Origin: Calditrichaceae bacterium
Lineage (GTDB): Bacteria > Calditrichota > Calditrichia > Calditrichales > JBFXGD01
NCBI GenBank assembly: GCA_050173015.1
Contig: JBFXLE010000019.1
Span: forward strand, 1 to 64,000
Length of the DNA stretch: 64,000 nucleotides
Direction of reading: 5' to 3'
Both the position numbers and the translations under genes were made by a program. The notes under the pieces were generated by a model. That model was not told the origin of the DNA, did not search any database, and saw nothing but the letters and a program-made list of their open reading frames with translations. Below, piece after piece: positions 31,501-41,666 of the stretch (position 1 is the first letter of the stretch; every line of letters begins with the position of its first letter).

Positions 31501-32598
31501 ACATATTCCGGTGTCAATGACCAGAAGTATCACCTTTTTGCCGATCCAACCATGAAACTTGCCGACCCCCGGGAGAATATCCAGATTACAACGATAACTC
31601 CGGATACGCTGAAGGCGTTGAGTAAAATAGAAGTGACCGGAAATATTCTAAAAAACAATCAGATTAACAGCGGGTTTGACGGTGATGCCGTCCTTATTGT
31701 CAACGATGCCAGATACGATTCTGTCACAACGGGAGGCGGACTTTACTATACACTTGGAGGACCGTTATTGTTCAAAGGTGAAGTTTCTGTCAACAAGGGT
31801 TCATTTACCGGGCAATTTATCGTACCGAAATCAATCCGTTATCAGAAAAAACCAACCGGAAGAATCACCGTTTACGCATCCGACGGAACGACAATGAACA
31901 CAGCCATAGGTTACAACGATACTCTTCTCATTAATGGCTCATCCTCAAATATTTCAGATGATAAAGGACCATTTATTGATTTGTATTTTAAAGATCAGGA
32001 GAATTTTTCTTCGGGTGACCTCGTCGCCCAAAATCCTGTTCTGCTGGCAAAACTTGAAGATGACAACGGCATCAACATGACGGGACAGGTGGGTCATAAC
32101 ATCTCTTTACAAATTGACGCTGAAAATCCAAGAGATATTTCCGGATTTTTTGTCTATGAAAAAGACAGCTATAAAAAGGGAATTATTACCTATCCGTTGA
32201 GTTCTCTCAAACCGGGGACACATGAACTGAAGATAACCGCGTTTGATAATTTGAACAACCCATCGGATGAAAACATTCATTTTGACATCGCCGAAAGCGC
32301 TCAACTTACTATTACAGATGTGATCAATTACCCAAACCCGTTCCGTGGAGAGACCGATTTCACATTTCAGACGAATCTTAGCGGCGCGGATGTTAAAATA
32401 AAAATTTACACCATCAGCGGGCGAATCATCCAGGAAATAAACGGCAATCTGACGGTTCCCGGATACAATCAAATTTCATGGGACGGACGGGACCGCGATG
32501 GCGATGAACTTGCCAACGGAGTATATCTTTATAAAATTATTCTAAAGTATGACGGCTCGACAAAAGAAGTTATTGAAAAGATGGTTGTGCTCAAATAA
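28597..32598 (+). CDS. porU: Type IX secretion sortase PorU (peptidase C25 family)
   Basis: C25 propeptide-like N-terminus, GLYKIT, DPTAIRNF, LLFGDGHYD, IGRLP, NYVGHG, ATCDFG, NYPNPF CTD. Confidence 0.85.
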   Translation: MTKFKQASVLFFLISVFSIKNLLAGSMAYPDFRIIESTQQSMILEWVPGNFNIDTLITDSGTWHSVSFDQGDYGMTPGSPDLPQRRITVGIPVSGYATVEIMHLESSTFQGINMIPVPRIYKDSRGINVHDRNYKGESYKSNQAFPDEIIQLQEPAKFRDSDIQNISIVPFRYQAAQNSLTFINKIRLKIVYHGSVNLLGSASGRSAIDAVYDQLLINFDIARNWRQAVVKKLGKAAVMPTGPFYRMTVEADGLYKITASTLTNAGINISGLSTASIQMFNNGGHTLNYRTDSSENNHPFTQEIPILVFDQNQNGLFDSDDYLLFYGKSLNSWFYSSGSNDFRYQNHPYAKVNYYWLSASGTNGLRMEQQVLTDQPNAVESSFYYERFHFEEDKYNLLASGPDWYGFRFFGKSAGYTNNFSIDPVTTAGAIPFFRIQLKGGSGIKYGDDLDPDYRYEFTVLVNNFILLNKVGFTKQSRRSYETIITDQSWLKSGNNTLSVQYSGNYDGCNAYLDWYEFYYPKNFSVTENQLNFYTHITNQPVRYKLSNFTQTSGIYAFDVTDPVSPKLILNNTVPQGGEVQFDLPASAKTQNILVSNLTSAKIRPITSLTKFTPSDNLLSSLNQADFLIITDKSFLPYAEEISELRQHLTSKTVSTEDIFFYFNSGVSDPTAIRNFIRYAYYNWSGAQPSFVLLFGDGHYDYRNISLSDSNRVIPFEIYNDHEIDSRTSDNYYVDVNYASNDRFDYITPDLAIGRLPVETHTDAERMIEKLKNYERDMERDGWQTVATFVADDELTTQSTGEWIHQSQTENLATLPELSRFNIKKVYLSAYPSVPGGLYRIKPQANQAIIDYMNQGTLLINYVGHGSPEVWAHEDVFNMGRDLNRINNEDRLTFLIAATCDFGKYDDPHEPSFSEALIWKKNSGAIGVLASTRLVYSGQNAAFNERFYKFLFPNSQPSVELGIAKLLATYSGVNDQKYHLFADPTMKLADPRENIQITTITPDTLKALSKIEVTGNILKNNQINSGFDGDAVLIVNDARYDSVTTGGGLYYTLGGPLLFKGEVSVNKGSFTGQFIVPKSIRYQKKPTGRITVYASDGTTMNTAIGYNDTLLINGSSSNISDDKGPFIDLYFKDQENFSSGDLVAQNPVLLAKLEDDNGINMTGQVGHNISLQIDAENPRDISGFFVYEKDSYKKGIITYPLSSLKPGTHELKITAFDNLNNPSDENIHFDIAESAQLTITDVINYPNPFRGETDFTFQTNLSGADVKIKIYTISGRIIQEINGNLTVPGYNQISWDGRDRDGDELANGVYLYKIILKYDGSTKEVIEKMVVLK

Positions 32599-32794
32599 TA
32601 GGTGAAGAGATTGCCGGATAATCCCGTTATTGGCAAATAAAAACTTATCGTTCCTAAGGGTAAAAATAAATTGCGCTTGAGTATTTAATGTAAAGCAATG
32701 AAGTAGATTTCCGACTCCGCTATCGCATCCAAATTAATTTCAAGTTGATAATCAAACATGATACTATTACCGCAAGTCAATCATAATATCTTAA

Positions 32795-35700
32795 TTATGA
32801 CAGCGGCTCGCTCTCAAGTATTCGGAACAGAATACTCCTCAGATCTTCAAGTCTGTATGGTTTTGCCACCACACCGCAAAATCCGTATTCCCGGTAATTG
32901 GCCATTATCGGGTCATTTGAATATCCGCTGGATACAATGACGCGCACTTCCGGATCGATTTTTAATAGTTCCCTTACCGTATCCGCACCGCCCATTCCTC
33001 CCGGCACTGTCAAATCAACTATAACGGCATTATATTTATCATGATTCTCAAAACTTTTCTTATACAGTTTGACAGCATCCCACCCCTCCGTCGCGGTTTC
33101 CACTTCGAAACCCAGATTATTCAACAGACTGCGGGCAACCTCTAAGATAAGCACATCATCATCCATCACAAGAATAGTGCCCTGACCGGTCAGTTCAATT
33201 CTTCCATCGGATTCACTTGTTATTAAACGGCTCTTTCTTGAAGCCGGCAGATAAATAGAAAAGGTGGTACCGAGGCCAAGGGAGGATTCCACAAAAATAT
33301 GACCTTCATGTTTCTGAATTATCGAATACGTCGTCGCAAGTCCGAGACCGCTCCCCCTCTGTTTTGTCGTAAAGTAAGGATCAAATATTTTATCGATATA
33401 TCCTTTTGATATTCCGATCCCGTTATCCTTAAAGGACAGTTTTACATAGTCTCCTTGTTTAAGCGGAAGATCAGTCTCACCTCCGATAATATAATTTTCC
33501 GCTTTGACCTCAAGAACCCCGCCTTCCGGCATAGCCTGCAGCGCGTTTATGGTCAGATTATTGATCACCTGACTGATCTGTCCTTCGTCTATCTCAACAT
33601 TCCAGATACCTTCCTGGATAGAATAATTGCAGAGAATTTTTGAACCGTGAAGCACAAATCCGGTATTCTCCCTGATCAAATCCGCTACAGACGCTGTTTT
33701 TTTTATTGGAGTGCCGCCTTTGGAAAAAGTGAGTAACTGCTGAGTGAGATCCTTGGCGCGCATCGTTGCTTTTTCAGATTCTGTAAGTCTTGATAAAATT
33801 TTTGCGTCGGACTCGGCGAAAATTTTCGCCAAAGATATATTTCCCAGAATTGCAGTAAGAATATTATTGAAATCATGGGCAATGCCTCCCGCGAGTATGC
33901 CTAATGATTCCAGTTTTCTTGCCTTTAGCAGTTCCTCTTCCATTTTATTACGTTCCGAAACATCTCTGCAGAACAAAACAAATCCGAGCAGAAAACCATT
34001 CGGTTCCCTGAGCAAGGAAAAACTAATCTCGACCGGTATGCGTCTTTTTCGTGTCGTGATCATCAAATATTCACGTGTTTTCGTCTCATCTGTGTTGATG
34101 GCTCTGAATACATCCTTAATAAATCGTTTTCGATCTTCGGGATCAATGAAAGAAACTCCCCGGCATCCAATAATATCGTATTTTTCATCTGCCTCCATAA
34201 GCTTAATGGCGGCTTCGTTTAAATCTGTAATCCGTCCCTTTATATCACTGATAAAAATACTGTCTGTTGATGTTTTTACCGCGAGAGAGAGCCTGCTCAA
34301 TTCTCCCTCGGTCTCGTGTCTTTCAATAGCCCCGCCGATATTAGCGACCGCCGTTTTCATGATTGCCAGATCATTTTTTTCCCAGACACGTCTGTAATTC
34401 GAATCATCCAGCATAACAAATCCCCAAAATTGTTTACTGATGGTAACGGGAAGAGCCAACCGGGAAACTTTTGTCTTTTTGGTATTCGGGGAAAGATCAA
34501 AGGACGGGAAACGGTCCGAAACGAACTCATCATTTTTTAGTGATTCATAAATCTTTAATAAATCATTGTCATCAAAAATTTGCATTTTATAGGACAGTTG
34601 TTCTTCGTTGCTAAGATTTTCTTTTTTATCCCATTTAAAATGCATTTTAAAACGGACAGATACTTTTTCATGCAGTGTTGACTGATTTTGGAATATGTAT
34701 ATATGTTCAACACCGGATGCTTCACCTATAACCTGAAGAGCTTCACGGATCGACTGCATATAGTAAGGATTACGAAGCAGCAAAGTGGCGTTTTCAGCAA
34801 TTTTTTGTAATTGATTTTCCTGTCTGTTTAGTTTTTCAAGCGCGAATTCAACTTTCTCTTTTTCCTTCTTCAACTGGGCTGTCCGGTGATCCACTTTTAA
34901 CTCGAGCAGCGAGTTTTGTTTTTCAATCTGATGAACTTTTCTTTTATAAGAAATGGCCGCGCCGAAGAGAATGGTCAACAAACCCAGCCCTATAAACCAC
35001 CAGGTTTTCCAGAACGGGGTCATTATTTCAAAACTATAACTGACCGGCTCTTTTGTCCAGATTCCATCATTATTGACAGCAATGACTTTAAAGACATATT
35101 CACCGGGTGGGAGGTTGGAATAGGTGGCGCGATTATCGGATGTTACAGGCGACCACTCAGAATCAAAACCTTCCAAAAAGTAACGATAACGGACTTTTTC
35201 AGGCGTCGAAAGGCAAATGCCGATAAAATTAAAGGTCAGATGATTTTGATTATATTCAAGTTTGGCTTCACGGATATCCGGAGTATCTTTGAAATAAATT
35301 TTAATGTCCGTAATTTTTACCAGCGGAGGCAGGTTATTTATCTGGTCCTTAGCAGGGTCGTATTTAATCGCCCCGGAAATGGTGCCAAACCAGAGATTTC
35401 CTTCGTGATCTCTGCTTACTGCATTTTCATTAGACTCAATACCCAGAAAACCCTCATGCTTGCCATAGTGCAATAAGGTTGAATCCAAACTGTCAAACTT
35501 ATAAACTCCTGATGTCGCGGCAATCCAGAGATTACCGGAATCATCATGCTTGACGGAATAAATTATTTTATCATCAAGTACATTCTGCATTGGTACACCG
35601 GATATTTTTTCACCGTCAAATACAAAAATACCGCCCCCGGTCGTACCAAACCAAATATTACCATGATTATCTTCCGACAGCGATGTGATATGGGAGATGT

Positions 35701-37348
35701 TGGGTTTCCGGTCCATGGAAAATCTTTTAAATTCACGGCCGTCCCAACGCGTCAGAACCATATCTTCAGAACCGATCCAGATGTTTCCGTTCCTGTCGGT
35801 ACAGGTAACATAGACATTATTTGAAAAAAGACCATCATCAGTCGTATAAATTTTTAAACTTTTTACCACTTTACCGTCACGCGGGCGCGATTTGGGAAGT
35901 TCGCATTTTACCAGTCCTCCCAGGGCCGTTCCAACCCAGATATTATTCTCAAAATCAACGGTCATGGACAAAATAAAGTCACTTGGCAGTCCTTCCGATT
36001 CAGATAGGACGGTTATGTTACCGGTCGTAGGGTCAAGCACGGCAATTCCCGCTTTTTCTGTCCCCGCCCAGATCCGGCCAAACTTATCCTCAACTATTGA
36101 AACAATCATCTGAGCGGGAAGTCCGTCCGCCATCTTGTAATTTCTGATTTTAAGTTGACGCGGGTGGTCATAGATGCCGCTGATTCTGGTTATTCCATCT
36201 TCCGTGCCCAGCCAGATTCTGTGTTGACGGTCTTCATAAACCGACCATACTGATTTATTTGACAATCCATCGGCTGCCCCAAACATCTCAAAACGCTCTC
36301 CACGGTATTGTGTAATACCATTATCCGTACCAATCCAGATATTACCTTCCCTGTCTTCAAAGATCGCACTCACATTCAGATGACCAAGCCCCTGAGCGGG
36401 AGTAATGGTGCAGGCGATTGCCTCGTTTTTATCAGCGTTTTCAGGCTTGTACTTTGAAACTCCGCCGCCACCGGTACCAATCCAGACATTCTTTTTCGAA
36501 TCTTCAAAGATTACATTTATCTGATCCGACAGCAAACCATCGTTCTTATTTATTTTTTTCAGATCAGAGAGATTGCCGGTACTCCGATCTCTCCTGAATT
36601 TAAGAACTCCGTTCTTTGAAGTTCCCAACCAAATGAAGCCATCACTGTCTTCGCATATCGACAGAATGCCGTCGTCAGCAAGACCATCCTTTTCGGTATA
36701 GAATCGCATTTTCATTGTATCCAGCGAATTGGTATCCTCGAAACTGATGGTGACCGCGCCCTTTTTTGTGGCAATCCAGATGTTATTTTCCCCATCCGCG
36801 AATAACCTTTGGATGCTCCCGAAATTGATATTTAACTGTTCGGAGACATTAACAAGTGAATCTCCCGACAAATAGAACAATCCTTTTTCCAGAGTGGCAA
36901 TCCAGAGCCTGTCGGCGGGATCGATGTAAAGGCCGGTGACGGGACTGCCCGGGAGTTTATCATTGAAAGTACATGGCCTGAAAATATTTTCCTTGTAATC
37001 AAAAATGCTCAGATTTCCGCTGAAATGGCCAAACCAGATATTACCATGCTTATCGCGAATGGAACTCAGCACAAAATTTTCTGCTAATCCGTTATTTTTA
37101 CTGTAGTTATAAAAACGGAGTCCATCAAATTTTGATATGCCGTCCTTAGTTCCAATCCACAGATATCCATCGAAATCCTGGGTTATGGTCTGTACCTGTG
37201 ATTGTATAAGGCCTTCTTCAATGGAGTAAACGCGTAAGGGGATTGTTTGAGAATAAGAAATAGTCACATACGCAATTAAGACAAGAACAATATAAAACCA
37301 GTTAACACCGGTTGAACGAATTTTCCAATACATTTTGGTAAATCCCAA
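32795..37348 (-). CDS. Hybrid sensor kinase: beta-propeller (Reg_prop) + Y_Y_Y + TM + GAF + PAS + HisKA/HATPase + REC
   Basis: Repeated GL...D..G.IWIGT, YRYFLEGFD/YSNLPPGEY, PFWKTWWF, AHDFNNIL, GSGLGL, receiver domain. Confidence 0.92.
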   Translation of the reverse strand: MGFTKMYWKIRSTGVNWFYIVLVLIAYVTISYSQTIPLRVYSIEEGLIQSQVQTITQDFDGYLWIGTKDGISKFDGLRFYNYSKNNGLAENFVLSSIRDKHGNIWFGHFSGNLSIFDYKENIFRPCTFNDKLPGSPVTGLYIDPADRLWIATLEKGLFYLSGDSLVNVSEQLNINFGSIQRLFADGENNIWIATKKGAVTISFEDTNSLDTMKMRFYTEKDGLADDGILSICEDSDGFIWLGTSKNGVLKFRRDRSTGNLSDLKKINKNDGLLSDQINVIFEDSKKNVWIGTGGGGVSKYKPENADKNEAIACTITPAQGLGHLNVSAIFEDREGNIWIGTDNGITQYRGERFEMFGAADGLSNKSVWSVYEDRQHRIWLGTEDGITRISGIYDHPRQLKIRNYKMADGLPAQMIVSIVEDKFGRIWAGTEKAGIAVLDPTTGNITVLSESEGLPSDFILSMTVDFENNIWVGTALGGLVKCELPKSRPRDGKVVKSLKIYTTDDGLFSNNVYVTCTDRNGNIWIGSEDMVLTRWDGREFKRFSMDRKPNISHITSLSEDNHGNIWFGTTGGGIFVFDGEKISGVPMQNVLDDKIIYSVKHDDSGNLWIAATSGVYKFDSLDSTLLHYGKHEGFLGIESNENAVSRDHEGNLWFGTISGAIKYDPAKDQINNLPPLVKITDIKIYFKDTPDIREAKLEYNQNHLTFNFIGICLSTPEKVRYRYFLEGFDSEWSPVTSDNRATYSNLPPGEYVFKVIAVNNDGIWTKEPVSYSFEIMTPFWKTWWFIGLGLLTILFGAAISYKRKVHQIEKQNSLLELKVDHRTAQLKKEKEKVEFALEKLNRQENQLQKIAENATLLLRNPYYMQSIREALQVIGEASGVEHIYIFQNQSTLHEKVSVRFKMHFKWDKKENLSNEEQLSYKMQIFDDNDLLKIYESLKNDEFVSDRFPSFDLSPNTKKTKVSRLALPVTISKQFWGFVMLDDSNYRRVWEKNDLAIMKTAVANIGGAIERHETEGELSRLSLAVKTSTDSIFISDIKGRITDLNEAAIKLMEADEKYDIIGCRGVSFIDPEDRKRFIKDVFRAINTDETKTREYLMITTRKRRIPVEISFSLLREPNGFLLGFVLFCRDVSERNKMEEELLKARKLESLGILAGGIAHDFNNILTAILGNISLAKIFAESDAKILSRLTESEKATMRAKDLTQQLLTFSKGGTPIKKTASVADLIRENTGFVLHGSKILCNYSIQEGIWNVEIDEGQISQVINNLTINALQAMPEGGVLEVKAENYIIGGETDLPLKQGDYVKLSFKDNGIGISKGYIDKIFDPYFTTKQRGSGLGLATTYSIIQKHEGHIFVESSLGLGTTFSIYLPASRKSRLITSESDGRIELTGQGTILVMDDDVLILEVARSLLNNLGFEVETATEGWDAVKLYKKSFENHDKYNAVIVDLTVPGGMGGADTVRELLKIDPEVRVIVSSGYSNDPIMANYREYGFCGVVAKPYRLEDLRSILFRILESEPLS

Positions 37349-37451
37349 TTAAAATACCACTCTTTAGAAACTTGTCCCCCCGGAAACTCATAAAAGCAGT
37401 CAATTCATTGATTTAAGACTGAAAATGATTGACTTAAAGATTTTTTTCCTC

Positions 37452-38459
37452 TCAATGATCTACTTTTTCCAATACATAATCGATGATTTGCTCTATAGAA
37501 ACACCTTCTGCTTCTGCGCTGAATGACGTAACAAGACGATGTCTGAGCACAGGTAATGCCAGACTACGAATGTCATTAATATCAGGAGTGTAGCGATGGT
37601 GAAGAATAGCTCTCGCCTTCGCTCCGAGAATCAGGAACTGCGAGGCCCTTGGTCCGGCGCCCCAGCGGATCCACCCGGATAATTTTTCATCCGACAATGA
37701 ATTCCCCCGGCGGGTCGAACTGACAAGCCGGACGGCATAATCGACTACATTATCTGCCACAGGTACTCGTCTGATCAATTTCTGAAATTCCAGAATATCC
37801 TGTTTTGAAACAACGGGTTCAGATTCGAAATTTATATTGGTTGTTGTTCGTTTTACAATTTCCAGCTCATCCGCGAAATTGGGATAATCCAGCCAAAGGC
37901 TGAACATAAATCGGTCTAACTGAGCCTCGGGCAGCGGATATGTTCCCTCCTGTTCGATGGGATTTTGAGTCGCCAAAACGAAAAATGGTTCATCGATCTG
38001 ATGAGATTGTCCGGCAGCGGTCACACGGTATTCCTGCATTGCCTCAAGTAATGCAGATTGAGTTTTTGGCGGTGTCCGGTTGATTTCATCCGCGAGTATT
38101 AGATTGGCAAAGATGGGGCCTTTAATAAATTTGAAGGATTTTTGACCGGTGGATCGGTCTTCTTCCAAAATTTCAGTTCCGGTTATATCGGAAGGCATTA
38201 GATCCGGAGTAAATTGAATCCTTGAAAACCGCATATCTAAAATCTGGCCGATGGTGCGGACAAGCAGGGTTTTTGCCAAACCCGGAACACCGACAAGAAG
38301 ACTGTGTCCTCGTGTGAAAAGTGAGATTAACAGATGCTCAATAATATCATCCTGGCCTATGATAACTTTTGAGAGTTCTTTCTTAATTATTTCATATTTG
38401 GCGAGAATTAAGTCAGCGACCTCTAAATCAGCAGGAGAATTCGAATTTCCTTTGTCCAT
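37452..38459 (-). CDS. MoxR-family AAA ATPase
   Basis: GVPGLAKT, RIQFTPDLMPSD, ADEINR, ATQNPIEQEGTYPLPEAQLDRF. Confidence 0.93.
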   Translation of the reverse strand: MDKGNSNSPADLEVADLILAKYEIIKKELSKVIIGQDDIIEHLLISLFTRGHSLLVGVPGLAKTLLVRTIGQILDMRFSRIQFTPDLMPSDITGTEILEEDRSTGQKSFKFIKGPIFANLILADEINRTPPKTQSALLEAMQEYRVTAAGQSHQIDEPFFVLATQNPIEQEGTYPLPEAQLDRFMFSLWLDYPNFADELEIVKRTTTNINFESEPVVSKQDILEFQKLIRRVPVADNVVDYAVRLVSSTRRGNSLSDEKLSGWIRWGAGPRASQFLILGAKARAILHHRYTPDINDIRSLALPVLRHRLVTSFSAEAEGVSIEQIIDYVLEKVDH

Positions 38460-38566
38460 AGGCCATTAATTTCCTTGAGATTGAGCGAATAATTTAATAA
38501 ATTTTAGTTTGATGATAACAGTGTAAATTTTACATATAGAACGCCTTAAATGCAAATGAGAAATAG

Positions 38567-39625
38567 ATGATACAACATATCCTGGATTTTACGGAGCAGG
38601 AGCTCGAAAATTACATGTCGGAGATTGATCAGCCCAGATATCGGGCAAATCAGATCTACAAGGGAATTTATTCGAAAAACTGGAAAGATTTTACCGAATT
38701 CAGCACGCTTCCGAAGCCTTTCAGAGAACTGTTAAAAAATCAATTCATTTTAAGATCCTTCAGTTTAGTTGACGAGATCAAATCAAAAAAAGACGGCACG
38801 ACAAAATACCTTTGGGAAATGTCTGACGGCATGAAAATAGAAAGCGTGATCATTTATGAGGGTAAACGGGTAACTTTTTGTATCTCTTCTCAGATCGGTT
38901 GTCCACTGGATTGCAAATTCTGCGCGACAGGTAAAATGGGATTGCTAAGAAATCTGACTTCCGGAGAAATCATCGAGCAGGTGATTCAAATGAAAGAACG
39001 CAGTCTCTATCCCCCAACAAATATTGTATTTATGGGGATGGGCGAACCTATGCTGAATTATGAATCTGTTTTAAAATCCGCCGATATTATGGCGGATCCG
39101 GAGGGAATGGCATTTAGCCGGAAACGAATAACCATATCCACGAGCGGAATTATACCGGCCATCCATAGAATGGCGGATGAAAATCAGCCCTATTCACTGG
39201 CGATTTCACTAAACAGCGTAAAAGATGTCATCCGCGAACAAATTATGCCGATTTCAAAAAAATATCCGCTTGAGAAACTTATGGACGCGGCAAGATATTA
39301 TAACAAAAAAACAAAAAAACGAGTCACATTCGAATACGTTTTAATAGACGGATTGAACTCATCTGAAGAAGATGCGCGACTCCTGGTACAGTTAACACAG
39401 GGCATCACCTGCAAAATAAATATCATACCCTGCAATTCAGATGATCCCCAGTTCAGACCACCAACGGAAGAACAGGTAAAACGCTTTGACATCCTGGTAA
39501 ACGATAACCACCGGACCATTACCATCCGCCGGAGGAAAGGGTGGGAAATCCAGGCGGCCTGCGGTCAGCTCTATGCTGAAAATGAGCGCAAGAGAAAGAT
39601 AAGCGTTAACAACTTAAGTCTTTAG
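38567..39625 (+). CDS. rlmN: 23S rRNA (A2503)-C2 methyltransferase RlmN
   Basis: CISSQIGCPLDCKFCATG, FMGMGEP, AACGQL. Confidence 0.95.
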   Translation: MIQHILDFTEQELENYMSEIDQPRYRANQIYKGIYSKNWKDFTEFSTLPKPFRELLKNQFILRSFSLVDEIKSKKDGTTKYLWEMSDGMKIESVIIYEGKRVTFCISSQIGCPLDCKFCATGKMGLLRNLTSGEIIEQVIQMKERSLYPPTNIVFMGMGEPMLNYESVLKSADIMADPEGMAFSRKRITISTSGIIPAIHRMADENQPYSLAISLNSVKDVIREQIMPISKKYPLEKLMDAARYYNKKTKKRVTFEYVLIDGLNSSEEDARLLVQLTQGITCKINIIPCNSDDPQFRPPTEEQVKRFDILVNDNHRTITIRRRKGWEIQAACGQLYAENERKRKISVNNLSL

Positions 39626-39711
39626 ATGCTCGAGAGACACAGTAACGGGTTCGGCAACCTGTTTAGCGATAGATCAGGCACACTTTAACGACAAACTGAA
39701 GGAGCTTTAGG

Positions 39712-40359
39712 ATGCATCTTATTTTATTCGGCGCACCGGGAGTTGGTAAAGGTACTCAGGCGAAACTATTGAGCAGTAATTTCGGAATTCCTCAAATATC
39801 GACAGGCGATATGCTACGTGAAGCGGTAAGGACTGAAAGTGAGCTGGGTAAAAAAGCAAAATCAGTCATGGAAAAGGGAGAGCTGGTCCCCGATGATCTG
39901 ATGCTTGGAATTATTAAAGAACGTATTCAAAGAGAAGACTGTAAAAAAGGTTTCATCCTGGACGGTTTTCCCAGAACCATTCCTCAGGCCAAACATCTTT
40001 CTGAATTAATGACAAAGCTGGAACTCCCGGCATTTGTTTGCATTGAAATAACCGTTCCGGACAGTGAAATCATCCGGAGACTGTCAAGCCGTAAAATCTG
40101 TCATAGCTGCGGGGCAGATTATAATTCGGCAACCAATCCCGCCCCGACAGACAACAAATGCACCATTTGCGGAGGTGATATCATAACCCGTCGAGACGAC
40201 AATGTCGAAACAATACAGAAACGTCTGGATATTTACAGAGAACAGACAGAACCCGTCAAGAAGTATTATGAGAATCTTAACCATTTTTATTCGATTAGCG
40301 GGAATAATGAAGTAAAACAAGTGTACGAAGAGATACTGAAGAAACTTTCATTAAATTAA
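39712..40359 (+). CDS. adk: Adenylate kinase with Cys4 LID
   Basis: GAPGVGKGTQA, STGDMLR, LDGFPRT, CHSC-X16-CTIC, RRDD. Confidence 0.96.
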   Translation: MHLILFGAPGVGKGTQAKLLSSNFGIPQISTGDMLREAVRTESELGKKAKSVMEKGELVPDDLMLGIIKERIQREDCKKGFILDGFPRTIPQAKHLSELMTKLELPAFVCIEITVPDSEIIRRLSSRKICHSCGADYNSATNPAPTDNKCTICGGDIITRRDDNVETIQKRLDIYREQTEPVKKYYENLNHFYSISGNNEVKQVYEEILKKLSLN

Positions 40360-40400
40360 CCGGTTTGCAAAATATTAGTATCACAAATACAGATAGCCGT

Positions 40401-41666
40401 GTGAGATATCTTTATTTTACAATATATCTGTTTGTAACAGTCACCCTGACCGGCTGCTCAGACAGGGATAAGAACAATATATTTGACCCCGGCAGTGGTA
40501 TAACTAATATTGATTTAAACCTTTCTGTTTCATCCGTTGACTCCACCGTGCAGATTCGATGGAGTCCGCGGTTGACGGTGGATTTTAATGGATTCAAACT
40601 CTACAAAAAATCTGAATTGGAAAATCAGTTTACCCTTCTGTCTTCATTTCCAAAAAATCAATCATCCTATCAGGACATTGATATTAAATACGATATCAAG
40701 TACAGTTATTATATGACACTAACCGGTGAAAATTCCGATTCCCCTCCCACGAAAATTGTCGATGTCATTGCGGGGCCCGGTGATATATGGCTTATTGACA
40801 GATGGGGTCTTGAAACATTTCTGAATCTCGCCTATGACATGAAGACGGTTACATTAATCGTTTATGGTGTCTGGATCCCAGAGGCTCTTGCCTTCGACCA
40901 TGACCATAACCGCGCGATGGTAACCTATCCGGCCATAAATAGTTTCGATATTTTTGATTTAGACAACGGGGAAGTTCTCTTCAGTGAATTCGGCATCGAG
41001 CATCCTTTTGACTGCGCTTATGATTCGTTTAACCAAAGCTTCTGGCTGACCGACTCTTCCGGGAAACTATATCAGATTAATTCTGTGACAGGGACATCAA
41101 CCTTAGCCGCGACAAATCTAGGAAATCCAATACAAATTGAATTTTCAGAAGAAAAACTTCTGTTTATACTAGATGACAGGAATCACAAGATACTTGTTTA
41201 TAACCTGGAGGGAGTTTTACAATATTCGCTTTCATCCCTGGATGATCAATCCCTTCTGGATCCGGAATTTTTTCAGATAGACCAGACCAATCAAATCCTG
41301 TTTCTTACCGATCAAACGCCGGCCGAAGATATTCTTTATAAATATGACCTCGCGACCGGGGAAACCGAAGAAATTTACAGATCGGATAATTTCGGAAAAT
41401 TCAGACTTGATGAAAGGAATAAGACGGTTTGGATAATTATTTATAATGATATAAATTCAGAAATAATGCAACTTTCATACAACGGATTACGTCTCAGTCA
41501 ACGTGAAGGTTTTATTTCTCCATCAGACCTGAGAATTAACCCGAAAAACGGCAATCTCATAGTGAGCGACACAGGAACCCGGCTTGTAAAACATTTTCGG
41601 AGTGATTCAACACTGATCGGAGTTTTCTCAAACGCTATTTATCCTTTTAAGGTATTTATTGAATGA
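40401..41666 (+). CDS. Lipoprotein with FN3-like domain and beta-propeller (probable GTG start 40401)
   Basis: Lipobox LTGC, NIFDP, FN3-like W...GFKLYK...Y.D...Y.Y, NHL/YncE-like repeats. Confidence 0.7.
   Translation: MRYLYFTIYLFVTVTLTGCSDRDKNNIFDPGSGITNIDLNLSVSSVDSTVQIRWSPRLTVDFNGFKLYKKSELENQFTLLSSFPKNQSSYQDIDIKYDIKYSYYMTLTGENSDSPPTKIVDVIAGPGDIWLIDRWGLETFLNLAYDMKTVTLIVYGVWIPEALAFDHDHNRAMVTYPAINSFDIFDLDNGEVLFSEFGIEHPFDCAYDSFNQSFWLTDSSGKLYQINSVTGTSTLAATNLGNPIQIEFSEEKLLFILDDRNHKILVYNLEGVLQYSLSSLDDQSLLDPEFFQIDQTNQILFLTDQTPAEDILYKYDLATGETEEIYRSDNFGKFRLDERNKTVWIIIYNDINSEIMQLSYNGLRLSQREGFISPSDLRINPKNGNLIVSDTGTRLVKHFRSDSTLIGVFSNAIYPFKVFIE

Noticed and set aside
33744-35476. Long antisense ORFs (217 aa and 186 aa) and other short overlapping ORFs in the track
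   Set aside because: Shadows of well-supported genes on the opposite strand or frame, with no motifs of their own.
35300-37250. Repeated ccagat/aaccag-like nucleotide motifs suggesting an array
   Set aside because: They encode the IW-GT repeats of the beta-propeller sensor; not a CRISPR or DNA repeat.
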